The notes under the pieces: model-generated | Databases searched by the model: none | Told to the model about the DNA's origin: nothing | The model's input: only the letters and a program-made list of their open reading frames with translations | Shown: piece after piece, positions 44,316 through 57,960 of the stretch | Layout of the letters: each line of letters begins with the position of its first letter | How positions within the stretch are numbered: position 1 is the stretch's first letter | Program-made: the position numbers and the translations under genes | Assembly (NCBI RefSeq): GCF_009914755.1 | Contig: NC_060937.1 | DNA from: the human T2T-CHM13v2.0 reference genome, Homo sapiens | Strand: one strand, 5' to 3' | DNA: 64,000 bases

Positions 44316-44387
44316 GTCAAATGAGACTACCGGATGAAAATAATGTTTACTGTCAAATGAGACTACAGGATGAAAATAATGTTTACT
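44316..44387. repeat. 36-bp tandem duplication, 2 copies, 1 mismatch
   Basis: GTCAAATGAGACTAC[C/A]GGATGAAAATAATGTTTACT at 44316-44351 and 44352-44387. Confidence 0.97.
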
Positions 44388-45404
44388 TCCTGCTCCACCA
44401 ATTGGTACATAGCTTATTTCTCAAACTTATTTAATACATCAAGTTTAGAAGATAAAATTTCAGTTCTGCTTGTATTTTGAGTGATAGAAACATTGGGCTC
44501 TGTAATGTTAAAGTGGTATAATATGAAATTGAATGAGGATTGAGTTATATAGTGAAAAATTGAATTAAACAAATTAGCTAAAATAAGAAATTCAAACATT
44601 TGAAATAATCTTATTGATAAGATGAATATGCTTGCTATTTGAAATTAACAATGTATTTGAATGAATTGATAGTTCTCCTTGGAATTGCTGTCTAAGATTT
44701 TAATACAATAGGTTGTGATTTTATTTTCAAGGAACACAAAGCTTAGATTTTATATCTGATATATTTATGTATCATTTTATTTTTAGGAAATGACATAAAA
44801 TGTATTACAGTCATTTAAGGTAATTTAGTGCAGTCTTATCTCTGCGTTAAAAATAAGCATATTTTGTTTTATTTCTAAGTAGTATCAACTACAGAGGTAC
44901 CATTTTATCACACAACATTTTGAGGTCTTTGATAGCATAATATTGTGTTATTATTTTTGTATTCCTGATCATTAGCCAGGGATTGAGCATATTATAAAAC
45001 TCAAAATCATTTGAGGAATAGACAAGTGAGTGTACAGAAATAACTTGGAAAATTAATAGATTTTTTTCTCACTTATTTATTATAGTTGATAGGAAGAACA
45101 CAGGATTTGGCCAAACAGCAATATACTTCAAACATGAATTGCTTTGATCTATTTTCTGGGATGTTGGATACTTAAAAAAATTATATACAAGTGAGTACAT
45201 GTGATTAAATTTTCATCTTTTTATTCTTTATGTGTTGAAACCTAATACTTGAAATTTGAATGATTGCCCTTGTAACAGGCTTGAGGATTCAAGTCAGAAG
45301 GAACGAATGATCTCCTTCCCATCTGGAAATTTTGTGGATAGAGCAGTTTTCAGATTATCTTACACCTATATTAGATTGTCACTGTAGAAGATTAAAAAGG
45401 TATG

Positions 45405-45758
<354 letters not shown>

Positions 45759-46349
45759 TTATTACATCCATAGTTATACTTTGCTCTTGTTGAGCAGATG
45801 CTGAAGAAGCAGTGATAAGTGGTGAATGTTAACAGGGCTAGGGAGGGAACAAAGCTGGAAGAGAATGCTTGTAGATTATTTTTTTCTGGGACCATGAAAA
45901 TAGCAGTAAATGTTAGCATACACCGGAAGGATATGGGAGTGGTCAAACCAACAGATGATAGCACTCCACAGGGAACAACACCCAAAGACTAATTTGAATG
46001 AAGTATCTTCCTGGTGGAATTAGCAAAACAAACAGTGTTATATTACTTTCCTTCTTTTTATAAATTCCCCTGGGAAGAAAGAATGGGATGAAATCGCCTT
46101 GTAAAGGAGATTAATTTTGAATAGACTGAGTGTTCGAAGTAATTGCTAAATCACATAAAAGAGACTATGTTTGAAATAGGAAGACAGTGTCTTAACTTGA
46201 ACAAAATGGTTAAACCTCCCCTCACCTCTCTTTACCAGATAAGAATAGAAATGAGTTTTTATGAACTAGTAGAGATTATTGAAGACTAACAGAAAAAAAT
46301 CACTTGTCTATAATTCTGAATAACAGAATAAATGTTTTAAAATCTGTAA

Positions 46350-46570
46350 TATGAGAGTGAACACTAATTGAGATCATATTCTGGGTCATGCATTACTTAA
46401 CAAATTTATATACATTAATCATTTAATCCTTAACAATTCTAGAAAAGATAAATTATTATTGTCACCATTTTATCAATAAACTCAAAAAGGCAAAGTAAAT
46501 GTACAACAGTTACACTGGTATGAAACTGAAGATTTAAACCAGATATACTAAATTATGAACTGTGCTATTT
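46350..46570 (-). mobile_element. MIR (degraded)
   Basis: CATTAATCATTTAATCCTTAACAA...ATTATTGTCACCATTTTA...GATTTAAACCAG antisense MIR core. Confidence 0.65.
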
Positions 46571-46749
46571 AAATTTTATGGTAAAAGTAGATAATTTTCT
46601 GTATTTATTTGCAAATAAAACATATGTAGATTCCTAAATATCCTGTTAGGTATGTTTTCGTAATGTTTATACAAGTTTTAATTCAGCAGCATTTTCTTCC
46701 ACAATTATTCTAATAAATTAACATACACTAAGGACAATGTAAAAATTTC

Positions 46750-46923
46750 AAGTTGCCAAATGAAATACAGGATGCCAAGTTACATTTGAATTTCAGATAG
46801 ATAATAAATATTTTTTAGCATTAGTATGTTCCCAATATTGTATATGTCATCCTGATACTAAAAGTTACATCTTACATTTATTTGCTAAATGATTTTTTTT
46901 AATTTTCTAAATCTGGCAATGCT
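46750..46923. mobile_element. hAT MITE, MER53-like
   Basis: GTTGCCA...AATACAGGATGCCAAGTTACATTTGAATTTCAGATA...ATCTGGCAA; terminal inverted repeats. Confidence 0.75.
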
Positions 46924-47050
46924 AATTCAATTGAATCTCAAGTAATACATAGATCTAACCATTTTACTTATATAAAAGATAATAACACTATAGACTCACA
47001 AATAATAAACAACCAACTGGTATTGCTGCAAGAAGATCATAAATGGGAAC

Positions 47051-47929
47051 TGTCTAGGTGCTAATAACTTGCTGGGTGACATGGTTTGCCTGTGTGTTTC
47101 CACCCAAATCTCATCTTGAAATGTAATTCCCCAAATCCCCGAGGTCAAGGGAGGGAGGTGATTGGATCATGGGGGTGGTTTCCCCCATGCTTTTCTTGTG
47201 ATAGTGAGTGAATGCTCAAAGGAACTGATGGTTTTATAAGGTAGCTTTCCCTGCTCTTGCATGCTGTCTCTTGCCTGCTGCCATGTAAGACATGCCTCTT
47301 CCCCTTCTGCCATGATTGTAAGTTTCCTGATGCCTCCTTAGTCATATGGAACTGTGAGTCAGTTAAAGCTCTTTTCTTTATAAATTGCCCACTCTTGGGT
47401 ATGTCTTTATAACAGTGTGAAAATGGACTAATACACTGTGGTAGGACCTGGTCTGGCACTCATAGTTAAGTAATGTTGTTTATCTGTTAAACATAAACAG
47501 TTTCTTACATCACTGACATCAGATAAGGTCATTGTTTTTCTGACCAGAGACAAAAACAAGGCCACTGGGTACACCAAAAATATCATCGAAGGTTAGTTCC
47601 CTTGCCAGCTAACCTGAGCAACTGCTGCTTCTTTACCCATTGTATTTAGCCTTATTCCATTTCTTCTGGCTCTTATGTAATATTCATGAAGCTACTAAAC
47701 CATTAAATTAACCCCACTACCTAACAGCACCCAGTCTGGAAAAAGATTTCTGAAAACAGTCATTTCAGAGCAAAACCTCTCTTATTTGAATCCATCTAAA
47801 AATCAGCTTTTACTGAGATACCCTAGAATTCACAATGATATGTCTTTTCATTGAGTATGATGAGCCAATAAACCAAACTTTACTCAGGATGAAGTTGGCC
47901 TCATGGTCTTGGATAAATGAGTATCAACA
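47051..47929 (+). mobile_element. ERV1 LTR, MER89/MER110-like (interrupted by a THE1 LTR)
   Basis: CTGGCACTCATAGTT, AACATAAACA, CATCAGATAAGGTCA, GACAAAAACAAGGCCACT, CTGCTGCTTCTTTACC, AATAAACC; TG...CA ends. Confidence 0.65.
47077..47435 (+). mobile_element. THE1 solo LTR (THE1D-like)
   Basis: TGACATGGTTTG...CACCCAAATCTCATCTTGAA...GAAAATGGACTAATACA; TSD CTGGG/CTGTG. Confidence 0.92.
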
Positions 47930-49299
47930 TTTGGTATGGTCTGTCTTTTTTTCATTTTGGATCTACGGGGTGAATATGCAGTAAAATTCAGATGATTTGA
48001 ATTTGCATTTTCCCTGTGACTCCATACACTATTGTAAGTACACTAGTACATGCACTAAATACACAATGACTAAACACATTACAGTCACTGTGATTAAATA
48101 TTCTACGACTAGTGCATTTTCCTATGGCCATACATTTCTTGGCTATTTTCATTTGTTTACTTCCCTTTTCACTGTTTTGCCCATTTTTCTATTGGAATAA
48201 TTGTGTTTTTTCTTAGTTATTTGCATGTTTTTAATATATTTTATATTGAGTCCTTTCTCACATGTGTGTACTGCAAATATTGTCTTCTAAGTTGTAACTC
48301 TGTTTTTATTCTCTCCTATCTAAATAAGATAGGAGAGAATAAAATTTCATGTTTTTGCTACAGATGTAACAAAATATGATTTGCAAGATATTCAACCATC
48401 TGACAGATGGTAGAATCAAGCTTTAACCTTTCATGTAGCTCTAGATCCATCTTGTATTTATTTGTTTATAACATTAAGAAAGAGTCCATATTTTTTCCAT
48501 GTGAATATCAAGTTAGCTAAGCAGATTTTACTAAAAGTACTTACTTTCCCTCACTAAAGGATATCATGAACAAATAACTATGTATTTGTGGACATAATTT
48601 CTATACTTTATATTCTGTTCTATTGGCCTATTTTTCCATCAATGGGCTAATAGCACAATATATTACTTTAATATAGCTTTATAATATAGCCTAGTGACTT
48701 TTAATATAAGTCCATCATAATTGTTTTCTTACAGACTGCCTTTTCTACTCTCGGTCTTTTGTATTCTTACATACCTTTCAGAAACAACATGTACATTTCA
48801 AAAAATGCCTGATGGAATTTTGATTTGGATTGCATTAATTTGTGGATAAATCTGATGACTTAAAATATTGAATCTTCCAAAAAAAAACATGGCATATCTC
48901 ATCATTTATTTAGATTTAGTTTTAGTTTTCTCTATAACGTTTTGCACATTTAGGGTAGAGGCCTTAACACTTCTATCCTCTTAATTGATTTCAATGTGTT
49001 CATTGATTGCTGCTATTGTAAATTGCACATTTAATTAAAGGTTACTTTTTGTTTCCATATTGTTGGTTAAAGAAATATATTGTGCTGTTCTTTGTTTATC
49101 TTGTATAAAATAATTTTTATAAGTTCACACTTTAATAGTGTATTTGTTGATTATTTTGTATTTAATTTATATACAATTTTGTCATCTGCAAGTAAGGATT
49201 TTTAGTTTGCTTATCCTTATTCTTATAATTTTTATATTTCTTTGTAATTTTATTTTGCTTTGGCTAGGAACTTTATTAAAATATTATATGGAAGTGATA

Positions 49300-49840
49300 T
49301 GCCCAGATGAATGGATAGAGAAAATGTGATATGTATACTCAATGAAATATTGTTCAGCCTTAAAAAGGAAGGGAATTTTGTCATTTGCAACAACATGGAT
49401 GAAATTGAAGAACATTATGCTGAGTAAAATGGGCTAGGCACAGAGGAGCAAATCCCACCTATTCTCACTTATTTGTGGCATCTAAAACAATCTAACTCAA
49501 AGAAACTGAGACTAGAATGATGGCCAGTAGATGCTGGAGAGTAGGAGGAATGAGGAAATAATGGTACAAAATCTTAATTAGGCAGGAACTTTATTTTTCC
49601 CTTGTGATATATTGCACAGCATGGTGAATATACTAAATAATAATGTATATTTCAAAATCACTAAGAGTGAATTTCAAATATTTTAACTACAAAAAGTAAT
49701 TACTATTTGAGATAATGGATATGTTCATTGGATTGATGTGATTATTTGGCACTGTATTCATAAATCATAACATCACTCGTACCCCATAAATATATATAAC
49801 TTTAATTTATTGATTTACCATTAAAACTAAAAATTAAAGA
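49300..49840 (+). mobile_element. 5'-truncated L1MA 3' end (L1MA7/8-like)
   Basis: CAGATGAATGGATAGAGAAAATGTG, TCATTTGCAACAACATGGATGAA, CATCACTCGTACCCCATAAATAT, A-rich tail. Confidence 0.85.
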
Positions 49841-50010
49841 GAATTATAAAAGGAAATTTTATGCATAGGAATTTTTTGTCATTCCCAGTATGAGGAAAAA
49901 AGCTTTTTATATTTCACCTTTGAGCATTGTATATGCTATATTTTTTATAAATTTTATTTTTCAGATTAAGAGAGTTCCATTCTATTTCCACTTTACTGAA
50001 AAGAAGTGGG

Positions 50011-50252
<242 letters not shown>

Positions 50253-50459
50253 TGATCATATTATTATTTTTTAATTCTGTTAGTTTGTGAATTATACTGA
50301 TTTAAATATTAAAGCATGTTACATTACTTGAATAATTACACTTTGGTTATTAAATTCTATCTTAATTCATATATTTTCTGATTTGTGTGTTTACTGATTG
50401 TTTTAAGATTTTAGTTCTTGATGTATGAGACAATTTGCCATCAGCTTGTGCTATTCTTA

Positions 50460-53190
50460 ATGAACTATTTACCTGTCTTAACCGGTCATTTGAATATCTA
50501 ACTTGGGTATAGGTCTGATGGATGAGAAATAGTGCAACAGGCTCTAAGTTTACAGTAGAAGAATGATGAATATCAATTTCAAGCTTAGAATCACCTTCAG
50601 CACCTAGGTGCAGATGGTTTGCTAATTAATCTGTATCACCTTGGTGCTGCTGGGTCCGTGGTCCTGATGGTAAAGGAGCTTGCTCTGCAGCTTGCTCCTA
50701 CTGCAGATAACTCTTCTTCCAGGCTGCATTCAGAACCAGCCAGGTTTCTAGTCACTTGTTAAATAGGATGATAGTCTTATGTGTAGTATATACTACCTTG
50801 TAAACACAAAGAGGTGCATAAACTATTTATTGGTAGAATAAGTCAGTTTCTTGGGAGTAGAATGAGTTTTACCTAAAATGGGATGTCCTAGATTATCCAA
50901 AATTACTGCATCCATAAAAACATCACCAATTGTCAATCCTCTTGAACTTCTTAGAGATCATTTTGACATTCTGAAAAGCATGCTACTTACTAGAAAATTT
51001 AGGGTTCCTACCACTTCCTACTCCAGAGACCTAAAACAGTATAATGTCACCAATGCAGAAGACAAGCATGAATGTCAGCAGAATATCAGTGTGATCAAGG
51101 ACTCTACAGAATATATTATGTCTAAGACAGAAGAGTAAATGCAGTCCCGTAGCAAAAGACTGAGGTTGCCCTACTGAAATATGACTTCTACTGATGAGAT
51201 GCTTTTGATCCTCCTTGCTAAGGAGCAATAAGAAAAACAAACACTCACCAAATGTGAGCTGCATACAAAATGTAAGAAACTATACTGATCTGTTTCAATA
51301 AAAATATAACATTTGGCATACCAAGATTTTGGTCTATCCAATGATTAAGAATGGAGCATTTTTCTACTTTCCACAGAGGTTCAGAAAGTAAATTAAAAAG
51401 AGCAATGATGGAGACAAGACCTTCTGCATCTTTAATGTTTCTGATGTTAGTGATTTCTTTGTAAATCTTTCTAGAATGCGGTTTTGCTTTTGGTAATACT
51501 AGCAAGGATTGGTAGTTTCAGGGTCTTTCTTTTACAACTTTTTAGCACAAAGGTCCAATGCAGAAACCAGTATGTGAACATACTTCCACATGCTAAGTAT
51601 ATCCATCCCAAATAGATACCCACAGACTGGAAAATATAAGAGTGCCCATGGACACATTTGATACCCTATGGGATCAACTTAAGTCAAAACCATTATTATT
51701 TAGTATTATGTTTGTCAATCCAGAATATTATTTTAGCACTTTAGGAAACTTGGTTCCAGTGTCAACTCAGTCATTATCCTAAATGTAATCAATAAAGTAC
51801 ACAGTTGCCCTGGCACATGACAAAAGCTTCTATTGGAAAAGGATCAGAGGTGTATACAGTGGCATTGATAAATCTTTACTAAAGAAGATTTGTCCCTACT
51901 TCAATCACTTAAATATATCTTAGGTTGACAAGCCTTATTCAGTAATGTTGTTTATCACCTTGATGTCTCAGATGAGCTTTCTGCTCATGAGTTTTTCTCT
52001 TTTTCCATCTCACTTCTTAGAGTACCAAGAAATTTTTTTAATACCCTCATGACAAATATGCAGATTGCCATGCCTGCCTTGATGACCATTATGGAAATAA
52101 TACTCATTTTTCTTTGACAGTTATGTATTGCCATCTGGCCTTTGACATTCCAGAATTTCATCACTTTCATTGATATGACGGATACCAGTTCCATGCAGTA
52201 TTTCTTAGTGTTATTTGAAACTTACAGTAGACAACAAGCATATGTCTTCTCAAAGATGGTGCATTATACCAACTTTCCTTTACAGTGCATTCCATATTGC
52301 CTTTATGAAGATACTATCTTCTTGGCTCTCCCAGGAAGTATAGATTAAAAATGACCACCTGTTATATGATAAATTATGCCCACCCCCACTCAAAACTCAT
52401 GTGTTGAAGTCTTAACTTTTAATGCCTCAGAATGTGATGATATTTTCAATTACAGCCTATCTTTAAATAATATTATGCCTTGGGGTGTTTAAAGAGGCAG
52501 TCAAGTTTTAAATGAAATGATTAGGGTTGGTCATAATTTAATATTATGATTGATGTCTCTATAAAAAGAGGAAATGTGAAGTTAGACACAGAGGGTAGAC
52601 CATATAAATACAAGGAAAAGATAGTTATCTATATAGGCCAAGGAGAGTGCTCAGAAGAAATCAACTCTTCCAAAACCTTCATGTTAGACTTATAGCCTCC
52701 AAAAGAGTGACAAAATAAATTTCTTTTGTTCAAACGACTTAGTCTGTGTTCCTTTGTTATGGCAGCCTTAGGAAATGAATATAACGCCCGTGTTTTACTT
52801 AGAGATCTATTCTAAGGGACTCATGTACGTTGCACATGTGACCACAAATATCTCTTCATTTAATTTCACAATTACATACCCAATTGCAAACTTAGTATGC
52901 TTTTGGAGGTTTAATAACTTCTGAAATTTAACAGATGAGTAACTGAATCCTTATAATTCATGAAACTGACATCGTCATTGCCCGGTCTAAGTTGTTGACA
53001 CACCAACCCTTCCAATTGCTCTGGCAAAACTCTCCTGTCAAACTTGACCACTTTGGTTGTAGTAAAATGAATAACAGGAAGTAAAATAGAAGATAAAGTT
53101 GTAGGTCACTGGAAAGAGTATAGCTTGACATAAGATAGGAAGACAGCAGAAAATTACAAGTACGTGAGTGATGTATTTGACTTTTAGTCA
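50460..53190 (-). mobile_element. Degraded ERVL-E-like internal region (gag-pro-pol), interrupted by MLT1B
   Basis: ORF 51245-51505 (KEITNIRNIKDAEGLVSIIALFNL...PLWKVEK) resembles the ERVL RT N-terminus (EISATIKDLKDAGVV...FNSPIWPVQK); CTGAGTTGACACTG at ~51757-51770 on minus resembles the protease region. Confidence 0.6.
52360..52783 (+). mobile_element. MaLR solo LTR, MLT1B-like
   Basis: TGTTAT start, GTTGAAGTCTTAAC, CTCAGAATGTGA, CTCAGAAGAAATCAAC, TTTGTTATGGCAGCC. Confidence 0.82.
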
Positions 53191-53319
53191 ATACATTTTA
53201 AGTGGTAAATTCATAATTTCTTGCAATCACTATCTCTCATTTCAATTTTTGTATCACACCCCCAAAATTCCATATACATTGTGTTAATCTCCATTTTTCC
53301 TTCCCTCTATTTTCAGCAA

Positions 53320-53612
53320 TTTTTTTTTTTTTTTTTTTTGAGAGGGGTTCTCGCTCTGTCGTCCAGGCTGAAGTAGAGTGGCGCCAGCTCGGCTCACTGC
53401 AACCCCCACCTCCCAGGTCCAAGTGATTCTCCTGACTCGGCCTCCCGAGTTGCTGGGATTACAGGGGTATGTTCAGCTAATTTACGCATTTTTAGTAGAG
53501 ATAGGGTTTCATCATGTTGGCCAGGCTGATCTCGAACTCCTGACCTCAGGTGATCCACTCGCCTTGGCCTCCCAAGTACTGGGATTACAGGCATGAGCCA
53601 TGCTGCCTGGCC
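53320..53612 (-). mobile_element. Alu (AluSx-like)
   Basis: T20 tail; GACCTCAGGTGATCC; AGCAA on both flanks. Confidence 0.95.
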
Positions 53613-53914
53613 AGCAAAAATTAATCTTCTTTCTGTCTCTATGTATTTGCCTATTCTTGATATTTCAAGTAAAAGAAAACATATGATATTTGACCTTTTG
53701 TTTTAGGCTTCTTTTGCTTAGCATATTTTTTAAAGTTTATCCTGTTTTAGGATGTTTAACTGCTTCATTCATTTTCCTGACTGAATAATATACCGTTGTA
53801 TGTAAACACCAAAATGTCTTTATCCATTTACCCATTGATGGGCATTTTTTCTCACTTTTTAGTTATTTTGACTATTGCTGCTAACATCATTTGTGAACAG
53901 GTATATGATTTCAA

Positions 53915-54135
53915 TTTTTTTTTTTTTTTTTTGCAGAATCTGAGGAAACTTTATTGATCTCTTTATCCTTCCAGCATTATGAGAGCAGGCAATACAATGT
54001 TTTAACCCAACCAAGCTCAAAGGAGTAAACCTTTTTCCCAAACCATAAATGGGCTGTATGTTTCCTCCACATTATAGTACCCTCTCCTAAATCAACCTTT
54101 ATTCACCTCCATGACAATAATATCCCACAACTCAG
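53915..54135 (-). other. Orphan retrotransposed insert: ~200 nt of unrecognised sequence, AATAAA and A18 tail
   Basis: Minus strand reads ...TCAATAAAGTTTCCTCAGATTCTGC(A)18; interrupts collinear L1MB sequence. Confidence 0.7.
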
Positions 54136-54563
54136 TGCTGGAGTTATATGATAATTTTACATTTAACTTTTTGAGGAAACACCAAAGTGTGTTCCAGTGG
54201 CCACACTGTTTGACGTGTCCACTGGCAATGTACAAGAGTTCCTATTTCTCCACATTGTCACCAACACTTGTAATTTCTTTTTAATTTCATTATTGTGTCC
54301 ATCCTAGTGGGTATAAATTAAAACTTCATTGTAGTTTGATTTGTATTTCCTTCTTTATTTGTATTTGCTTCTTTATCTATTCTGAATATTAAAGAATAAT
54401 CAGATATATTATTTGTAAATATTTTTCCCATTCCAAAGCTTTTTTCACTTTCTTGATATAGTCCTGTGATGGCAAAACTATTTGATCTTGATGAAGTTCA
54501 ATTTTTTAATTTTTTTTTTTTTACTTTTTGTTGCTCACTTTTTTTTTTTTTTTTGGTCAAATC

Positions 54564-54861
54564 TTTTATTTATTTATTTTTGAGACGGAGTCTTGCTCTG
54601 TCGCCCAGGCTGAAGTGCCATGGCGTGATCTTGGCTTACTGCAACAACCGCCTCCCAGGTTCAAGCAATTCTCCTCCCTCAGCCTCCTGAGTAGCTGGAA
54701 TTACAGGCATGTGCCACCCTGCCCGGCTGATTTTTGTATTTTTAGTAGAGACAGGGTTTCACCATGTTGGCCAGGCTCGTCTCAAACTCCTGATCTCGTG
54801 ATCCACCTGCCTCTGCCTCCCAAAGTGCTGGGATTACAGGCATGAGCCTCCACGCTCAGCC
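54564..54861 (-). mobile_element. Alu (AluSg-like)
   Basis: Full dimer, (TTTA)n tail, TGATCTCGTGATCC; degenerate TSD TTTTTGGTCAAATC / TTTTCTTGTCAATTC. Confidence 0.95.
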
Positions 54862-55049
54862 TTTTCTTGTCAATTCCAAGACCAACTTTAAGTTCATGAA
54901 GATTTGTCCCTATTTTTCTTTTAATAGTTTTATAGTTTTAGGTATCATATTTAGGTTGTTGATCTCTTTTGAATTAGTTTTATTTGTGGAGTGAGTTAGT
55001 GATCCAACTTTCTTCTTTTTCATGTGGCTATCCAGTTGTAACAGAAGCA

Positions 55050-55565
55050 AAATATTGCTCAGTTCTAACAATTACTCTTACTGAAATTTTGCTTAGTTAT
55101 TTTATTAATTCCTGAGATATTAAAGTTGATACTTGCAACTATAATTTTGGATTTTTCTGCAATCTTTTTATATTTTTGTAGTTTTAGCTACTATTAATGA
55201 TACATGTTTAAAGTTACTATGCCTTCTTGGTTAATTGAACTTTTTTGTTTTATAAGGTATTTTCTTTTGTCCTTGGTAAGAGTCTTCGTTCTGATTTCTA
55301 TTTTGTTTCATATTATAGAATTACCTTAGATTTCTTTTAATTAATGTTGGCAGGGTATATCTTCTGTCATACTTTAATATTTATTAATGTGTGTCTTTTT
55401 ATATTTCAAGCTATTTTCTGGTAGAAAGCATATATCTAGGTATTGCTTTGTTTCTAATTTGGTAATTTTTAAAAGATTATAATATTTAGGCCAATTAAAT
55501 ATAATTATTGATAAGGTTAGATTTCAGTATACTATCTTGCTTGCTGCTTTCTGTTTGTTTTACAT
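55050..55565 (-). mobile_element. Ancient L1M fragment (ORF2 start region)
   Basis: CAACTATAATTTTGGATTT, TCTTGGTTAATTGA, GTAGAAAGCATATA resemble the antisense L1M endonuclease region. Confidence 0.5.
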
Positions 55566-56344
55566 GTTCATGAAGTGTAAAGTTCAAAACTTAGATGGCA
55601 TTTTTTACAAGCTGTATGTTCCCAATTCCTGGGAACATATTTAATTTTATAAGCCTGTTATCATTTGAGATATAGTAATAACAATAAATTTTTATTATAT
55701 AATTTTTGTGAAAAATTTAATACAAATTAAATTTCACACATTATGTGTAAAATACAGCATGTTGTCTTGGTAAATATATATATAGACAATAGTTATTATA
55801 TAATTACTGTATACTTCTGCTATAGTTTTCACAGAGCTTATCTATTACTTAAATGATTTCCTTAAATATGTTTTATACCTGAAGTTTTTGGGGTCTAGCA
55901 AGTTTTGGTTTTGCTAACTCATGTGTGATGGCTGGTATATTAGACTTTTTTCTACTTCAGACAGCGTATTATTAGGTAAAAAAACTTTGCTACAGTTTCC
56001 TAAAAATAGTCTTCTGTTTGCTTGTTCACACTGAAGAAAGAAATATAATCCCAGTCTGATTATGTTTTCATTGGTATTTACCTGCACTTGAAATATAAAA
56101 TATTATTTGCCTTGTGGGTTTTTTATTGGTGTTCAGAAAAATAATTTATATACACTTAGGTATGCATTTTTAATTATATTTTATTTAATGTTTCTGTTTT
56201 AACTGTTACTTTTCCATATGTTTCATCAGTGACTCCTTTATTTTAGTATTAATTCTCTGGATTCACATACTTCCTTGCATTTTTGTCATGCTAAGAGTTA
56301 CTTGTTTAATTTGATCTTTTATAGTATTAAGAATTTATTTTTGC

Positions 56345-57022
56345 AGTATGGAGATTTCTTAAAGAGCTAAAGGTAGATCTACCATTCAATCCACCATGCA
56401 ATCCAGCACTCCCACTACTGGGTATGCCCAAAGGAAAGGAAGACTTCATATCAAAATGACACTTGCACACATACGTATATTGCAGCAAAATTCATAATTG
56501 CAAAGATTTGGAACCCACCTAAGTGTCCATTAACCAATGACTGGATTAAAAAATGTGATATATATATATATATATATGTGTGTGTGTATATATATACACA
56601 CACATATATATGTGTGTATATATATACACACACACATATATACACATATACGTATATATATATATGATGAAACACTACTCAGTCATAAAAATAGAATAAA
56701 ACAATGTCTTTTGCAGCAATTTGGACTGAGCTGGAGGCCATTATTCTAAGTGAAGTAATTCAGTAATGGAAAACCATATATCGTATGTTCTCACTTATAA
56801 GTGGAAGCTAAGCTCTGAGTACACAAAGGCATACAGAGTGATATAATGGACTATGGAGACTCAGAAGCGGGAGAATGGGGGAGATGAGGGACAAAAAACT
56901 ACATATTGAGTACAATGTACACTACTCGGTGACGGGTGCACTAAAATAGCAGACTTCACCATTATATAATTCATTCATGTAACGAAAAACTATTTGTACC
57001 CAAATAAATAAAAAATAAAAAA
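56345..57022 (+). mobile_element. 5'-truncated L1PB (PB2/PB3-like) 3' end with an internal (TA)/(TG)/(CA) microsatellite at 56558-56664
   Basis: AAGGTAGATCTACCATT, TTCTAAGTGAAGTAA, GGCATACAGAGTGATATAATGGACT, GTGACGGGTGCACTAAAAT, A-rich tail. Confidence 0.9.
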
Positions 57023-57587
57023 GATAAATGCTTAGTTGAATATAAAATTTTTTAAATATTTTAATTCTCACCTTTATAATAGCTTAACTAGATCTTCTTT
57101 TAAGTTGCTATGTATCAAAATATAACAAAATTCACTATTTCTGTTCTCATTGACATATACATTGAGAACCTTGATCAGCAAGTAAGCATTCAATTTTCTA
57201 TAAGTTACAATACATATTTTTATCTGAGATATAAATCCTATTATTTTTATGAAATCACCATGGCATCATGGTGATAGGTAGATACATACATACATATACA
57301 CATATACATACATATATACACACTCACACATATATAAAATCACCACTTATATGTTCAAATGCCTAAAATTTTGGATAACTACTGAGTATTCTGTTGACTG
57401 AAAATCCTAAAATGTATTCTTAATTTTCTATTTTTTTCCAATTTTACTCTTGACTATTTGATGATAGGAATCATTGTTTCTATGTATCTTATACATCTTT
57501 GATTCACTTGCATTTTATCAGTACCAGAAACATGAGAAATATTAAATGTATACATAGGTACATACCTATGTGTTATCTATATATCTA

Positions 57588-57901
57588 CAGCTACTTCTTA
57601 ACACACTATGGTGTTGCATCTCAATCAACCCATCATAAGTTGAAAATATTTTAAGTAAAAAATGCAATTAATAAACCTAACCCATTGAACATCATAACTT
57701 AGCTTAGCCTACCTTAATCACACTCAGAAAGCTTACATTAGCCTACAGTTAGGCAAAATCTTCTAACATAATGCCTACTTTATAATAAAGTATTAAATAT
57801 CTCATGTAATTTATTGAAGTCTGTACATTAGGTTGAAATCCCAAAAGTTTTATTCCACTATAGAGCTGAGAAATTCTAAGTTAAACCATCGTAAGTCAAG
57901 G

Positions 57902-57907
<6 letters not shown>
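57588..57907 (+). mobile_element. TcMar-Tigger MITE, MER47A-like
   Basis: AACCCATCATAAGTTGAAAATAT, CTTACATTAGCCTACAGTTAGGCAAAATC, AACCATCGTAAGTC; TA at the left end. Confidence 0.88.
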
Positions 57908-57945
<38 letters not shown>

Positions 57946-57960
57946 TGTCTGTGTGTGTGT
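57906..57960. repeat. (TG)n microsatellite
   Basis: About 27 units with two interruptions, starting at the MER47A end. Confidence 0.97.

Larger units (their letters stand above)
53195..55048 (-). mobile_element. L1MB 3' portion, interrupted by two Alus and an orphan poly(A) insert
   Basis: CTTTCTGTCTCTATGTATTTGCCTATTCT, TTTAACTTTTTGAGGAAAC, TTGATGAAGTTCAA, CATGTGGCTATCCAGTTGT. Confidence 0.8.

Noticed and set aside
53915-53936. Polypyrimidine tract plus CAG as a plus-strand splice acceptor
   Set aside because: T18-GCAG fits an acceptor, but the correctly spaced minus-strand AATAAA and the interruption of L1MB explain it better as a retrotransposed tail; cryptic use cannot be shown from sequence.
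56451-56749. ORFs rich in Y/I/H/V/C repeats
   Set aside because: Translations of the dinucleotide microsatellite inside the L1PB.
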